DNA of 64,000 nt from Harriotta raleighana (Eukaryota). Made by a program: the position numbers and the translations under genes. The stretch spans positions 1,049,621-1,113,620 of the forward strand of contig JBNZDD010013613.1 in assembly GCA_050575255.1 (NCBI GenBank). The letters run 5' to 3'. This document shows, one piece after another, positions 38,370 through 50,925 of this stretch. Under the pieces are notes generated by a model. It did no database searches and was not told the DNA's origin. It worked only from the letters and a program-made list of their open reading frames with translations. Position 1 is the first letter of the stretch; each line of letters begins with the position of its first letter.

Positions 38370-38700
38370 ATAATAACAATAATCTTTGCATTTGATTAAG
38401 CACTTTTCACGTCTTCTAGACGCCTCAAAGCATTTCACAGAATGTGAAATGAATTGACTGTATATTTATGGGAGAATCGCAGCAGCCAGTTGTGCAAACA
38501 GCAGCGTCCCCACAAACAGTCATAGATTGAAAATGACCAATTAATTTTTTTCACAGAATATACTTAATTATTTTGTTTGCTTGAGGGATTATTATCAGAC
38601 GTGTGGTATAAGGAAACTTGCCCAAGGTTTCACCCTGCTTGGAATCAAACCCAGCTTTCTCACTTGTAAGGCGAGTGCTCTAACCACTGAGCTACAGCCT
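38370..38700 (-). mobile_element. Full-length tRNA-derived SINE
   Basis: Head gtagctcagtggttagagcactcgccttacaagtgag...gggtttgattcc, body, stem-loop tail and (ATT)n. Confidence 0.85.
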
Positions 38701-40744
38701 CTACAGGTCTCCAACGAGTCCAAAGAAATGAAATGGACAGATGATCATTATGGAGAATACTTAATGCTGATTGTAACAATTAGAAATCTTTCACTATAAA
38801 TATAATGAATACAATGAGGCAATACAGACTTAGTGACTTTTTTTAAAAGAAATTGAGTGATCAGCAGTAGTTCGTTATATCTCTTATATTTCTCAGGGAA
38901 GTGTTTAATTCACAAGCAAATCTGCAGCTACTTGCATTTATACAGCCAAACTAACATTCAAGCAGGAAAGGAAATGTTATACAGCCCTGTCAATTCTGTG
39001 CGTTGTGGCTTATAAAAACAAGACGTTGATATAAAATGGGTCATTTGTGCAAGAAGCCAGTGTTTATCTGGCTGTCAGACTTATACATGGCACTTCATAT
39101 TTTTTATTTCAATTTTTGTCATTCCCAACCTATATTTCCAGCTCTCTTTTTAAACTACTGTTTATTTGTAAAACCTCCGGAACTCTTTTCACATTCAGTG
39201 CTGAAGAGAAACAACCCTACATAAATATTCGGTGATTTGATGAAACCACTGAGTTATGGAGGCAACACCTGACACCCACCAGTCTTCCTCTTTGCCCTAG
39301 AGCGGGCATTCAATATCCTGTCTCAAGCAGCAGATTCATTGATGTGGAAATTTGTCCAGCCAACCATAACTAATATATGTCCTCAGTCTTCAATATTTTA
39401 TCCACAGAGACGCCAGCTCGAGTCTGCTGCTATATCCTGTTGTTTCCTTCGACTGTGCCCACACTCACCTCCCTTCAACCTTGCCGACAGTCACCTCCCT
39501 TCAACTATGCTCACAGTCAGTCACCTCTCTTTGATTATGCCCACGGCCACCTACATTTGGCCATGCCCACAGTCACCTCAGACAACAAACTATAAGACAA
39601 AACCAGAATCTTTTTATTGTCATTAGAAAATGTGGTGCAAAACTTTAACCCCAAACTGTCACGAAGGGGATCAAACAAGAAAATGCAGCATAAAAGATTC
39701 GTTTCTGCAGTGATGAATGAAAGTGGTTAAATTTGTCCATTGCCAGTCAGAAAATGCAGTGTGAGGAATAGAAAACTACAGCAAACAAACAAAACAATCG
39801 ACCCATCAAGTCTGCGTTGGTGTTGTTGTAATGATAATCCTTGCCTTTGGAATATTCCCTTTCATGTGGACAAGACGTCTCAAATGCTTCACAGGATTTC
39901 CTGTAAAACACAGTGACGGTGTTTTGTAGGAGAACACAGCAGACATGTTACGCGAAACAATAGCCTGCAAACAGCCATGAAGTGAGTAAACCATTTGAGG
40001 ATTATTTGCCATGATACCAGGATAAACTTCCTCTTGTTTTGACCAGTACCAAGGCTTCTTTAATGTCTGTCTATACAGGCCGTTTAGCATTTTATCTAAA
40101 GGACAACACCACAATTCAGCATTGCATTGGAATGTTTTTTCCCCACATAAAGCACCTAATCAAATCCCACCCCAGATTATTCCCCATTCCTTTTTATAAT
40201 TTGTCTGTGTCAAAAATCATTTTAAAAGAATGTATGAATTTTGCCCGAACCACGGTTTGCGACAGACAAGTCTCCATTCCACCCACCCCATGGATGACAT
40301 TTTCTCTCAGCTTCCTCTCAATTCCTTTCCGATTGCTTCAAATTTGGCCCAAACCACTCCTGACTCATGGGTTAATGTGGAAATAATCTATTTATATTTA
40401 CCTTATCATAAGCTTTCATAACCATCTGACCACCCTTAACTATCTCAGGAATTTCCAAGACCAGGACATACATTCCGATCAGTCTGACTGCTTTCATACT
40501 GTAAATACTTGCTCTCTATCTCTCATACCACTCAATCACCACTGCCACCGTAGGCCTATTAAATTCCCTCTTGACACTGTCATTGCTATGTACTTGAAAC
40601 GTTTTACATAGACACCGTACTCTGCATAAAACATTTGAATCTGTCCGTCTTTAACCTTCAAGGCTTGAGACTGTGGCTCCTGGACCATGGAATTCCTCGT
40701 TACATCAGTCACATGAGTCTAGCTTTTCTTTCAGATTTCACTGA

Positions 40745-40980
40745 GATCATAGAATCACAGTCATTTTTTATCACACACAAAGAGGCCATTGGTCTATCAA
40801 ATCAGCACTGACTCTCAGAACAAGCATTACTTTCCCTTCCCTAAACGCGTACCCCATCAAGTCTATAGTTTTCACACACTTCTCTACTTCTCTTCTAAAA
40901 TTCACAATAGACTGCGACTCTGACACTCTTGTTTGGCAGAGCATTCCATATCCCAACAACTCTGAGTGAATAGCATACTC
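40745..40980 (-). mobile_element. Old CR1 3' end
   Basis: Degenerate RVVGIWNALP..V.ES motif and the terminal atgattctatga. Confidence 0.65.
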
Positions 40981-41379
40981 CTGACCTTTTTCTGCCATTT
41001 CTTAATGCTAACCTTTTAGGATTATTCCATAATCTCTTCTACACTCTAATGGTTGTAGTCTCTCAACGTAGTTTGGGCATTTAATCCCATTTACTGTATC
41101 ATTTTATACCAAGAGGATCAATTTTGTCATATTAAGTGGAAAACCCATAAGATGTACGTAATAATAATCATTGCTTTTTGATAAACACTTCAGATTTTAA
41201 AGCATTTCACAAGGTTTTACTAAAGTGTAGCAACTGTATTTTGTAGGTAATACTTTCAGTTATCAAGAATCCAGAATCCAGAATCTCAAATTTCTTAATT
41301 AAGAAATTGGTTAAGAAATACAGCAAAATTGATTCCATTCTATGTGACCTCGTTCAACAGAGATTGTAAGATTGTTATA

Positions 41380-42000
41380 CAGTAAAAGCCCATTTATCCG
41401 GCACCCACGGGACCTGGCCAATGCCTGTTGAATAGTTTTCCGGTTGAACGTTTTTTTAAAAAAATTACAATTATTTTAACACATACCATATTAATAATAG
41501 ACTAAATAATAATAGATAATAAAAATATTGTATGGGTACTTTATTGTAAATTGGGTACACTGTACCATAAAAATAATAGAGTAAATACAGTAATGACAGC
41601 TACTGTAATAAAAGAATATTGTACGGCTACTTTATTGTAAATGTTGAACAATACTATATAAATAATAGACTAAATACACTAATAACAGATACTATAATAA
41701 CAGAATAATGTATTAGTACTTTATTATTTATACTTAACTTCTGCAATGGCCGCCACGGGAGGAAAGCAAAACGGCAGCACGACTTTTTAAAAAAAGGCAG
41801 TAACGCAACTTTAGGCTCGACTAGCGGCCAGCCGAAATACCTACATAGTTCTCATGAGCATGAGCGACAATCGATTCATTAAATGCGTCATTGTTATTCT
41901 GCCGGATAACTTCCGGTATATCGAATTGGGACTTTTTTTTGAGGTGCTGTTTCAACAGGTTTTCTGGTTCGTCGAATCACGGATAAACAGGGTTTTATTG
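41380..42000 (-). mobile_element. Second copy of the pogo/Tigger-like MITE, inverted relative to 16281-17145
   Basis: Ends cagtaaaagcccatttatcc / ggataaacagggttttattg with TA on both flanks. The interior is homologous to the first copy on the opposite strand. Confidence 0.85.
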
Positions 42001-42539
42001 TATTTGCAAATAACGCCAACTTAGGGGTGACTCTGGAATCGGAGAAGGCAACAAAGAGCTTGATAATAATCCCTTGAAAAAATTGGCCATTTCAATCCAT
42101 GACTGCTTGTGGGAGACTGCTGTGTGCAATCGGCTGCCGCGTTTCGCCCACAAGTGTATAGTCAATTCACTCTACAGTATATTCTGTGAAGCACGTTGAG
42201 ACATTTTGAAGCTGTGAAAAGCACTACATCCAATGCAAGTATTATTATTGTAACAAAGGTCTTACAAAGAGAGCTTTGTATGGCATGGACATGTGTTGGT
42301 GAAGTGGACCTTAATTAGTGAAACTGGCAAATAAAGTTTAATACAGAGAACAACAACTTGACTCTAGTGCCTTGCACGAAGGGCAGTGTCTCAGAGCCCT
42401 TGAGACGCGACACAAGACACGACATGCAAGAAAAAGAAACACAAGGGCGTCATGCATGGATAGAACTTCCATTGGGGAAACTGAAAGGAAGTTACGTTTC
42501 ATTCATCAGTTACTATAGTCCAAAAGAGTATGAGACAAC

Positions 42540-42790
42540 AATAAACGGGACAAATAGAATGTACGGAGTACTGACCACCACATAAGGGACTCAATAGGCA
42601 GTGCAGAGGAGAGCAATGTGGCTGATTCTCAGTGTCAAAGGAATGAGCTATGAACAACAATTAGTCACGTTAGGGTTCTTGAGCTTTGAGACATCTCAGA
42701 GTTAGGGAAAATTTTAAATAGGATTGCAAAGGAAACCTAGAACAATACGATAAAATGCACCATGACAAGAGGGCAGGGAACTCCTAACAA
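42540..42790 (+). mobile_element. Old CR1 fragment
   Basis: Degenerate VQRRA..LI...KGMSYEQQL..LG..S and TRG motifs. Confidence 0.55.
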
Positions 42791-42929
42791 TTCTATGTGA
42801 ATTTAAATTATGAGATAAAATAGTATTTCAGGCTAAGACGGTGTTGAATTTCAGAGCTCTCACCTCCAATTAAATTTTGAGGGAAATATATTCCTAGCTC
42901 CTCACCACAAACTGGAATCAAAGTACTGN

Positions 42930-43185
42930 CGGTCGAAGAGAAAGGTCTTGAGACCGGCCTTGAAAGAGGAAAGGGAGGAAGCGAGGCGAAGGCACAGGGG
43001 GATGGAGTTCCAGAGCCTGGGGGCTGAGCGGCTGAAAGCCCGGCCGCCAATGGTAGGATGGTTAGGGCAGGGGACGTGGAGCAGACCAGAGCCAGAGGAA
43101 CGGAGGGTACGGGCAGGTAGATAGGGGGATAGTAGGTCGGAGAGGTAGGAGGGAGCAAGGCCGTGAATGGCCTTGTAGGTAAGGA
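42930..43185 (-). mobile_element. LINE2 3' fragment
   Basis: Homologous to the L2 copies at 8280-8520 and 48020-48295. Confidence 0.8.
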
Positions 43186-44117
43186 GACGAAGACGAAGGA
43201 TGCCTACTTTCTAATTGCCTGACTAATGTACTTAGTGCTGTCGATAGTTATTCACAAGAAAGCTCAGCTAGGCCCAATTATCATAGCAAATCAACTGACT
43301 CAGTGACTCATTCTACAATAGCTAGATTTTAATGTAAAATTGATTTTGCAGTTGACTCTTTTCTTCGTTTTGGCAAGATTTCATGAATGTGAAATTCATT
43401 AACCTGAAAGCATTGAAGGTAAATATCATTTGATAGCTTTCAAAGCACAACTTGGTCATTTACATGGGAAGAAGGAAATATCTCTTTGCTGCCAAACGTT
43501 GGCTAACTTTCGAAACCGTGTAGCCTGGGAGTAATTGTGGGCAAAAGACAGATAGAGAAATTGGAATCATGTGAAGGCAATTGAAATGGTAAAAACAGTT
43601 TAATAATGGGAATTAAGAAATTGGCAAGCCTCACAATACAAATGTAATAATATAACAATAATAATCCTTAGATTTATATAGCGCTTTCCACATCTTAGCG
43701 ACGTCCCAAAGCGTTTTACAGAATACGACAACGTCCCAAAGTAGGGACTAGAGCAGGGAAGGATGGGTGGGGAAGGGGGATGGGTAGGGAGAAAAAAGGG
43801 GGAAGAAAGGGGGGAAAAGGGTAGAGACCAGAGCAGGGGGGGAGGGGTCGTGGTAGTGGGAAGGAGTAGGAAAATTGATTGTATATTTGTGGGCGAAACG
43901 CGGCAGCCAAATCGCGCACAGCGGTGTCCCACAAACAGTCGTGGAAGTGAGGGGGCCAGGGATGAAAGGGGGAAAGAGGGTAAGGGGAGGGGACGGGGTA
44001 GGGGGAACAGAGCAGGAAAACCAGGTGTATATTTGGGGGCGAGATGCGGTAACCAAATTGCGCACAGCAGTGTCCCACAAACACACACGGAAATGTACAT
44101 TTGTAAAGCACCCTTCA

Positions 44118-44293
44118 CTCAGAGAGCATGTACACAGTGCTCAGAGAGCATGTACACAGTGCTCAGAGAGCATGTACACAGTGCTCAGAGAGCATGTACG
44201 CAGTGCTCAGAGAGCATGTACGCAGTGCTCAGAGAGCATGTACGCAGTGCTCAGAGAGCATGTCCGCAGTGCTCAGAGACCATGTACAGAGAG
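44118..44293 (+). repeat. 22-bp minisatellite, about 8 copies (ctcagagagcatgtac[a/g]cagtg)
   Basis: Direct reading of tandem units. It runs into a Deu-domain SINE remnant at 44294-44480. Confidence 0.95.
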
Positions 44294-44574
44294 CACTGGG
44301 AATGTGCTGTGTTGTTGGAGGTGCCAACTTTCAGATGAGATGTTAAACCAATGTCCCATGTGGGGTTCGATAGGCCCCACACGGGAATCTTACATTGAAG
44401 ATCCCAATAAACTATTTGAAGAGAGAAGGGAGTTTCTCCCAGGAGCCAAGTTAACCATTCTCCAGATGGCGGTGTGGATAGGGTGGGGAACATGAACAGA
44501 TAGGGGCTTCCAGCCAAATTGCCCTACTCTCTGAATCTCCTTCCCTCACTTTCTACAAGATCCATCTCCCAATA

Positions 44575-44978
44575 TATAATAATAATAATCCTTGCATTTG
44601 ATATAGCGCATTTCATGTCTTCTAGACGTCTCAAAGCGCTTCACAGAATATACTGTAAAGTGAACTGACTGTACACTTGTGGGCAAAATATGGCAGCCAA
44701 TTATGTAGCGGTGTCCCACACACAGTCATGGATTGAAGTGACCAATTTATTGTTGATTTTTTCCGTGATTATTATTAGGCGTGTGGAGTAAAGGAAACTT
44801 GCCCGTGGTTTCGCCCTGCCTGGAATTGAACCCAGTTCTCTCGACTGCAAGGCGAGTGCTCTAACCACCACCACCAACAACAACAGCAACAACTTTGATT
44901 GATATAGCCCCCTCCGCACTGGACGGCGTCTCAGAGAGACTGATCCCGGGCTCAGCTCAACCACTCAGCTACAGGATT
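44575..44978 (-). mobile_element. Full-length tRNA-derived SINE with an L2 type-B tail inserted in its head
   Basis: The SINE head is split at aaccac, and the motif recurs on both sides of the insert (about 44870-44957). Confidence 0.8.
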
Positions 44979-45484
44979 CCACATTGGTACGTGTACTTTC
45001 CACTTATCAAAATTCTGTGCATCTTAAAACACTATTGGTACAGAAATAGGCCTGGCTTTCAGAATCTAGACACATCTTTTCAGTACTGGAATTGAGTTGT
45101 ACTGTTGGAAGTGCAGTCCTTCAGATTTTGACAACGTAACTTGTGTTTAATTTTGGGGGTCCATTTTTATTGCAGAAATGCTTGCTATAACTTTCTGTGA
45201 AAGCCAGATTCCAGTCCAAATGTTTTTGAAAAAGTCTTCCTCTACCAAGTTTGTACTGAACCTAGATTGATTTCAAAAGAATTGCTGAATTGATGGAAAA
45301 GTTGGAATTCATTTTGATGCACTTAAATACGAGTTAAAAAAGCGGGTTCCTCCTTACCGCAAGATAAACAGTGGTGTGTGTGTGTGTGGAGTAAGCAAAT
45401 TTCCCTAAGGTTTTGCAGTGCAGGGAATCAAAACCAAGTCCTCTTGTTTGCGAGGTGAGTGCTCTAACCATTAAGCTTCCAACT

Positions 45485-45830
45485 TGGAGTTCAAGATCCT
45501 CTCACTCGTTTTCATCGCTTAATTCCCTCGCGCTCTTCCCCTCTCTGAGCTGCTTACACCCCACTGCATCACCAGCAGCCTCTGCTCGGCTGGCTCCGGC
45601 CTCCTAATTCTCCCTCGGACCCTCCGTTCCACCATTGGTGGGGGTGCCTTTAGCCCAGAAACTCTCGAACTCTGTCTCAATCCCTCTGCTTTGCCCCCTC
45701 CCTCCCCACCTTCAAAAGTTTCCTAAAGACTTCCTCTTTGATCCCTCTCTCTCCCCCACTGGCTTATGGTTTGACTCCATCACTGTCAAGCGCTCCGTAA
45801 AGGGCATTGTGTAAATGTAAGTTGTTGTTC
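45485..45830 (+). mobile_element. Diverged LINE2 3' fragment
   Basis: gagttcaagatcctc...ccaccattggtgg...gccttt...aagacttcctcttt and tail. Confidence 0.65.
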
Positions 45831-47859
45831 TAAATGTCAGAACCCCATATGTCTTTGATAGCGCTTTCAGTCTCTCTCCTCTACCCATCCTTTCAGTTCC
45901 CACCTATAGCCCAGGTGTTAAGTGTTTTGAGACATCTTTCCAACATGAACTGCACGCTAGAAATGCAAATTGTAATGTTTATAGAGTTTTGTTTTTAGTT
46001 TTATCTTGCATAGAGTGTCTTTTTCATTGCTCTCCTTCCAGGGTACATGAAATGAAATTGTTTGGGTGGATTCAATTGCTATAAATTTTCAAAGGTTTGA
46101 CCATCAAACCAAATCGAATAGACTGAATTTGTCTGTAGAAAGAAATGCAAGTGTGAATTGCATGGATTGTGATCTTGCAACAAAAAACCGCCATGCAGCT
46201 TCTCTGTATAATGTAATGATTCACAACAAAGAGACTGTTTCAAACAAGAAGGGATGAGATGCCAACAGCAAACAATTAGCTCCAAACATTCAGCTGCAGT
46301 GTGATTGTAAACAGTCTGTGTAGTTGTTGTACCTGGCAGAAAAATAATTTTGCTATATCAAAGATGATGCATTTTGGATGAGAGGAAATAAATAAGACTG
46401 CATTAAATATTCTAGATTTTCATTCTGTCATTTCAGATTGGGATGACGTCCCTAGGCACTGACTGGACAGTGAAGGGTTTTCAATGTAAAGTTGGGGAGA
46501 AAAAGAATGATGTTTCATAAAGGTCCTCCCAAATACAAAAGGAGCTAAATGCATGTAAATATAATTTATATTGTAAAAAAGATTTATTAATTATCAAATG
46601 TGGTATTAAATCCATCGGTAGCTATCTAGCTATCTACGTAGTTCTAAAGATGACTATTGGTGGGTAATTCCACAATTCAATTCAGCACAATAATTGGATC
46701 CGGAGATTAATTTTAGGGTTGGATCCTGTGTAAGTGGGCTCTTTTGGAATATTCAGACCCAGTCATTGCGCCAAAGAAGGGGAGGGAAAGCAGATGGCTT
46801 TAGAAGAACTGCAGAAAACCTGCTTCTAAATTAAGATTGAATTCTTCAAAATTCCACGCTATCTTATATTACATGTTCACGTCAAGGCATGAGTGGTCGA
46901 GAGTCTCTGGCGTCCGTACTGCTGGCAGGAAAGGAACTCGGGACAACATTCAACAACAAGAGGCCATTTGACCCATCAAATCCTACTTCTTACAGAAACC
47001 ATGTGCATTTGATTCTACCAGGGAAGTTATCCAAATATTTAATCTCTGCAGGGAGATGTCAAAATGCATATAAAACTCTCAAGAAGGAACAGCCCTGTGA
47101 AATTCTTCCTGGACTCCTAAAGGTAATCCAGCAGAACTCCAGCCCATCAATTGACAGTATTCAACCATAACCAGTTGCATTCCACTGGTGACATTTCCAT
47201 GAACCCAGCAGTATCATATTCCATAGAGTATTTGATCATCCATGTCTTTCCTACCGCAACTTTAAATCCTGTTCTTAACTATATATTGAGACAGCTTTTT
47301 TTAACCCTCAGACCTCCAATGGATCAAGGCAAGCTCACGTTTCCAGGGCTGAGTAGTTCTGTACAGTTACACCCAGAGACATTAATACAAAATTAAAGCT
47401 GCTCACCATCAGTAGTTTTGTTTCTACCCTAAAAACAAATCCAGAACGACTAAACTAAATTTTACACCACATTTTAAAATTGTTTTTGGAAAGAATTATT
47501 TTTGGGGCATTTTTTTCACTCATCACTGAATAAATACACTGATCTAGATGGTGAGCACATATTACAAAGATCACCATAATAAAAAACCTTACATTTGATA
47601 TGGCACTTTTACTTTAAGAGATTCACAGGATATCCTGTAAAAATGGGGTGACTGTGTGTTTCATCGGTGAGATGACATAGAACATTTTAGCAGGGAAACT
47701 GACCATTCATAGTTTATTTTAGTGTTTATACATGAGCCTCCACCCTCTTAATTTAATTTTCCAAACTCCACATTCTTCCCACAGCAATGACTGGAGCAGA
47801 ATAAATGGTTCTTGTTGCTGCCTCATGCATTGCCAGCTGTTTTTCTGCCAGTATGTGTC

Positions 47860-48295
47860 AACAACAACTGCAAAATTACATTTATAGAGCGCCTTTCACG
47901 TAAGGAGGCTTCCCAAGACAATCAGGTCAGGATCTGAGCGGTGGGGGTGGGGGGGGGGGGGGGGGGGGGNNNNNNNNNNNNNAGGAGAGTAGGAGAGGGG
48001 GAAGAGTTAGGGGGGGAGCCGAAGGCATGGTTGAAGAGGAAGGTCTTGAGACCGGCCTTGAAGGAGGAAAGGGAGGAAGTGAGGCGGAGTGACTGCAGGA
48101 TGGAGTTCCAGAGTGTGGAGCAGAGAGGCTGAAACCCCGGCCACCGATGGTTGGATGCGGAACAGGCCTGAGTCTGCTGAGCGGAGAGTGCGGGCAGGCT
48201 GATAGGGAGACGGCAGGTCAGAGAAATAGGCCGTGAATGACCTTGAAAGTGAGGATGAGGATCTTGAATTCGATCCTCTGGGGGATGGCCAGTGA
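47860..48295 (-). mobile_element. LINE2 3' fragment with type-A tail
   Basis: TLWNSILQSLRL..SLSSFKAGLKTFLFNHAF motif. Confidence 0.85.
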
Positions 48296-49309
48296 AGTAA
48301 CCTATGTTATCTTGATCGCAGTGCAAGGTTTTGTTTGCCATTCTTCACTAATCATCATCTGAGTCTTTTATTATGGTCAAATGATACTTACTGCTCTGCT
48401 AATTAGTAAAAGTTCTGCCTTTTACACGTGTCATTTTAATCAATCTAAACCACCCCCCAGCAACATCATCTGCTCGTAGCCTTTGTAGATGCACTATTAA
48501 AATTTAAAAATCTATTGACACAAAACATCAACCATTGACTATCATTCCTCCAGCAGGAATTCTCTCTGCTTCTTTGCCAAAAATGTATTTTAAACATCTG
48601 TGAAGTTTCCTTTGATGAATCAGTTGCCAGCTCTTCTAAGGAAAAGTAGGCTTCTTCTTTGGCTCATATTTGTGCCTTTGATAGGAAGCCTGATGGTCTC
48701 GGCAACGAACTTTCCTCCATTGCCTCATTATGTTCCATCTCTGTACATGACATGATTCCTCCTCCTCAACACAACATTGAGATCTTCCACTCAATGGTCT
48801 CAAACAGTCCACTGTCTCTCCTCCTAACCTCAAGCAACAGTAGCTACAAATATATCTCTGCCCTTCACAGTCTCTTCAGTCTCTCATAGTCACAATGTAC
48901 TTTGCTTTCTCCTTGGAATTATAGTATGCTGGTATCCATCCTATCCCCAGTGAAACCTATTGAATTATTGCACCATAGCTTTAAATGTTAAGAATGTATC
49001 TCTCAATTCTCGGATTATCCATCACCTTACAATTTTTTGCCTAATAAATGATTGTGAGTACTTTTCACTCTAGTGCCTCATTGGTAATCTTCTTGTATGT
49101 GATGTCCCAACTTCTACTCTTCAACACTCAGTGACCCAATTAACATTGCCATGAACACGTCCTTCCATTCCCCGTTGAGGTCTATCTCATGTTCTTCCAA
49201 CCAACTTGGCCAGGAACACTTTTGATTCCTTTCAGGTGGCTCTACAGAGTTCCTGCGGGCTCTTTTCTCTCTCCCACTTTGTTCCTTTGACACAACAATG
49301 ACATCCTCC

Positions 49310-49413
49310 GAAACAAAAATAGGAATTGCTGGGAAGACTCAGCAGCTAAGGCAGCATCTATGGAGAAAGGAAAAGTCAGTCAACCTTTCAGGTCTATGAC
49401 TCTTCGTCAGAAC
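49310..49413 (-). mobile_element. Penelope-like terminal repeat remnant with a hammerhead-like core
   Basis: Minus strand CTGACGA-a-gagtc-ata-gacct-GAAA-ggttgac followed by the PLE end motif. Confidence 0.6.
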
Positions 49414-50725
49414 TGACATCCTCTACTATAATTATCAATGTCCTTTAGATTGCATGTTCTCAGTGACCTCCCTCCTGTTACAATGGAAAGGCTGAATCCT
49501 TAAACCTTGCTGATTTGGAGCTTGGTATGTGTGTATGTACTTATTATCAGTGAGGATCAATGTTCATCATGATTATGGTGCAATTCCAAAATATAGCTGC
49601 ATTACACATCAGACCACCAAAGTAGCTGAGATCCATATGTGAATTTGCTTTTGAAAAACATTCCTTAAATAGAGTAAAAAGCTAACAAATGTGTATTATG
49701 ATCTGAAAAATACCCCCACTGAGTAACACTGAACCTCATAATTACATGCTGATGGGTTTCCGCATGTGTCAGACACGCATTTGACCGATATACCTCATAA
49801 CTAATAATTATCACAAGCATGAAAGTAAAGTGTACATGATGTGTCAATGTGCATGCAAAATATTGTAGTCTTATTGTCTTAAAATAAACTAGTGACTGTT
49901 TGGATAATTATCAGTTTCAGTTCAATTCGCTATTGCTTTACTTTGGATTCAGAGAAATTTATATTATCTGCATGTGCTATAGTATAAATCTATAGAGTGT
50001 ACATGTGATATATATGGGTTTGGTATCATTTGTTTTCTAATCTGACCTTTTGAATGTTTTTATATTCGTTAAACCACCTGAATTGTATAATCTGTTCTGA
50101 TGAAAATCTTTTAAAAATATGAATATTTTATGTCAACACCAAGCCAGGATTTCCTGTCTAGTGTCACTACTCAGTTAAGCCCTTGCTGCAGTCAAGGTTG
50201 CTTGCATCTTTTTTCAGGTTAATTAAAAGTGGGATAACACTTTTGCTTTGACGTGAGTTCGGGGACATGTTATTAGATCATTTCAATGGGTTCGGTTGAA
50301 TTAAATTCCTTGGTTTCCTTCATAAATTCCTATGCTTTTATCTCCAGGTCTCAGCATTTAAAAGTGCCTGTAATGTTGACCTATTTTGGCACTCATCTCA
50401 GCTTGCATTGGCTTCCCATTTTCATTTCCTTGCTTATTAGCCACTGAATTTTGGCCAAAGCTTATTGATTGTGAAGTGCCAGTTGCTGCATGTTGACCTT
50501 GACTTGCTGTAATGAATGATAACTCCTAGGAGAATTGCAGGCCAGAACCCACATTGTAATACTGAGCTGAACTTGACTGCCTACTTCCACCGATTGCATA
50601 CCAAACCCCAGTAATTTGATCTTTTTTTCCCCCCCCATTGTGAATATGTATCAAAATCTAGTAAAAGAAAATCCAAATGAATTTTCTAATGGTTTTCCTA
50701 GCAATCTTGCTGGAGTAGCTTCATG

Positions 50726-50925
50726 TAAAACAAAAACAGAAATTGCTGGGAACACTCAGCAGGTCAGGCAGCATCCATGGAGAAAGGAAAAGTGAGTCAA
50801 CGTTTCGAGTCCACGATCCTTTGCTGGGAACAAAGGATCCTTCATCAGAAGTGTTCAGCAGCCTGAACCTGTTGAGTGTTCCCAGCGATTTCTGTTTTTG
50901 TTTCAGATTTCCAGCATCCACAGTA
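50726..50925. mobile_element. Penelope-like fold-back element with a hammerhead-like core
   Basis: Arms 50727-50772 and 50858-50904 are inverted. The minus strand between them reads CTGATGA...GAAACGTT. Confidence 0.7.

Noticed and set aside
44118-44293. Regular repeat array as a possible CRISPR or coding repeat (ORFs 43763-44495)
   Set aside because: Head-to-tail units without spacers, a period not divisible by 3, and a vertebrate context.
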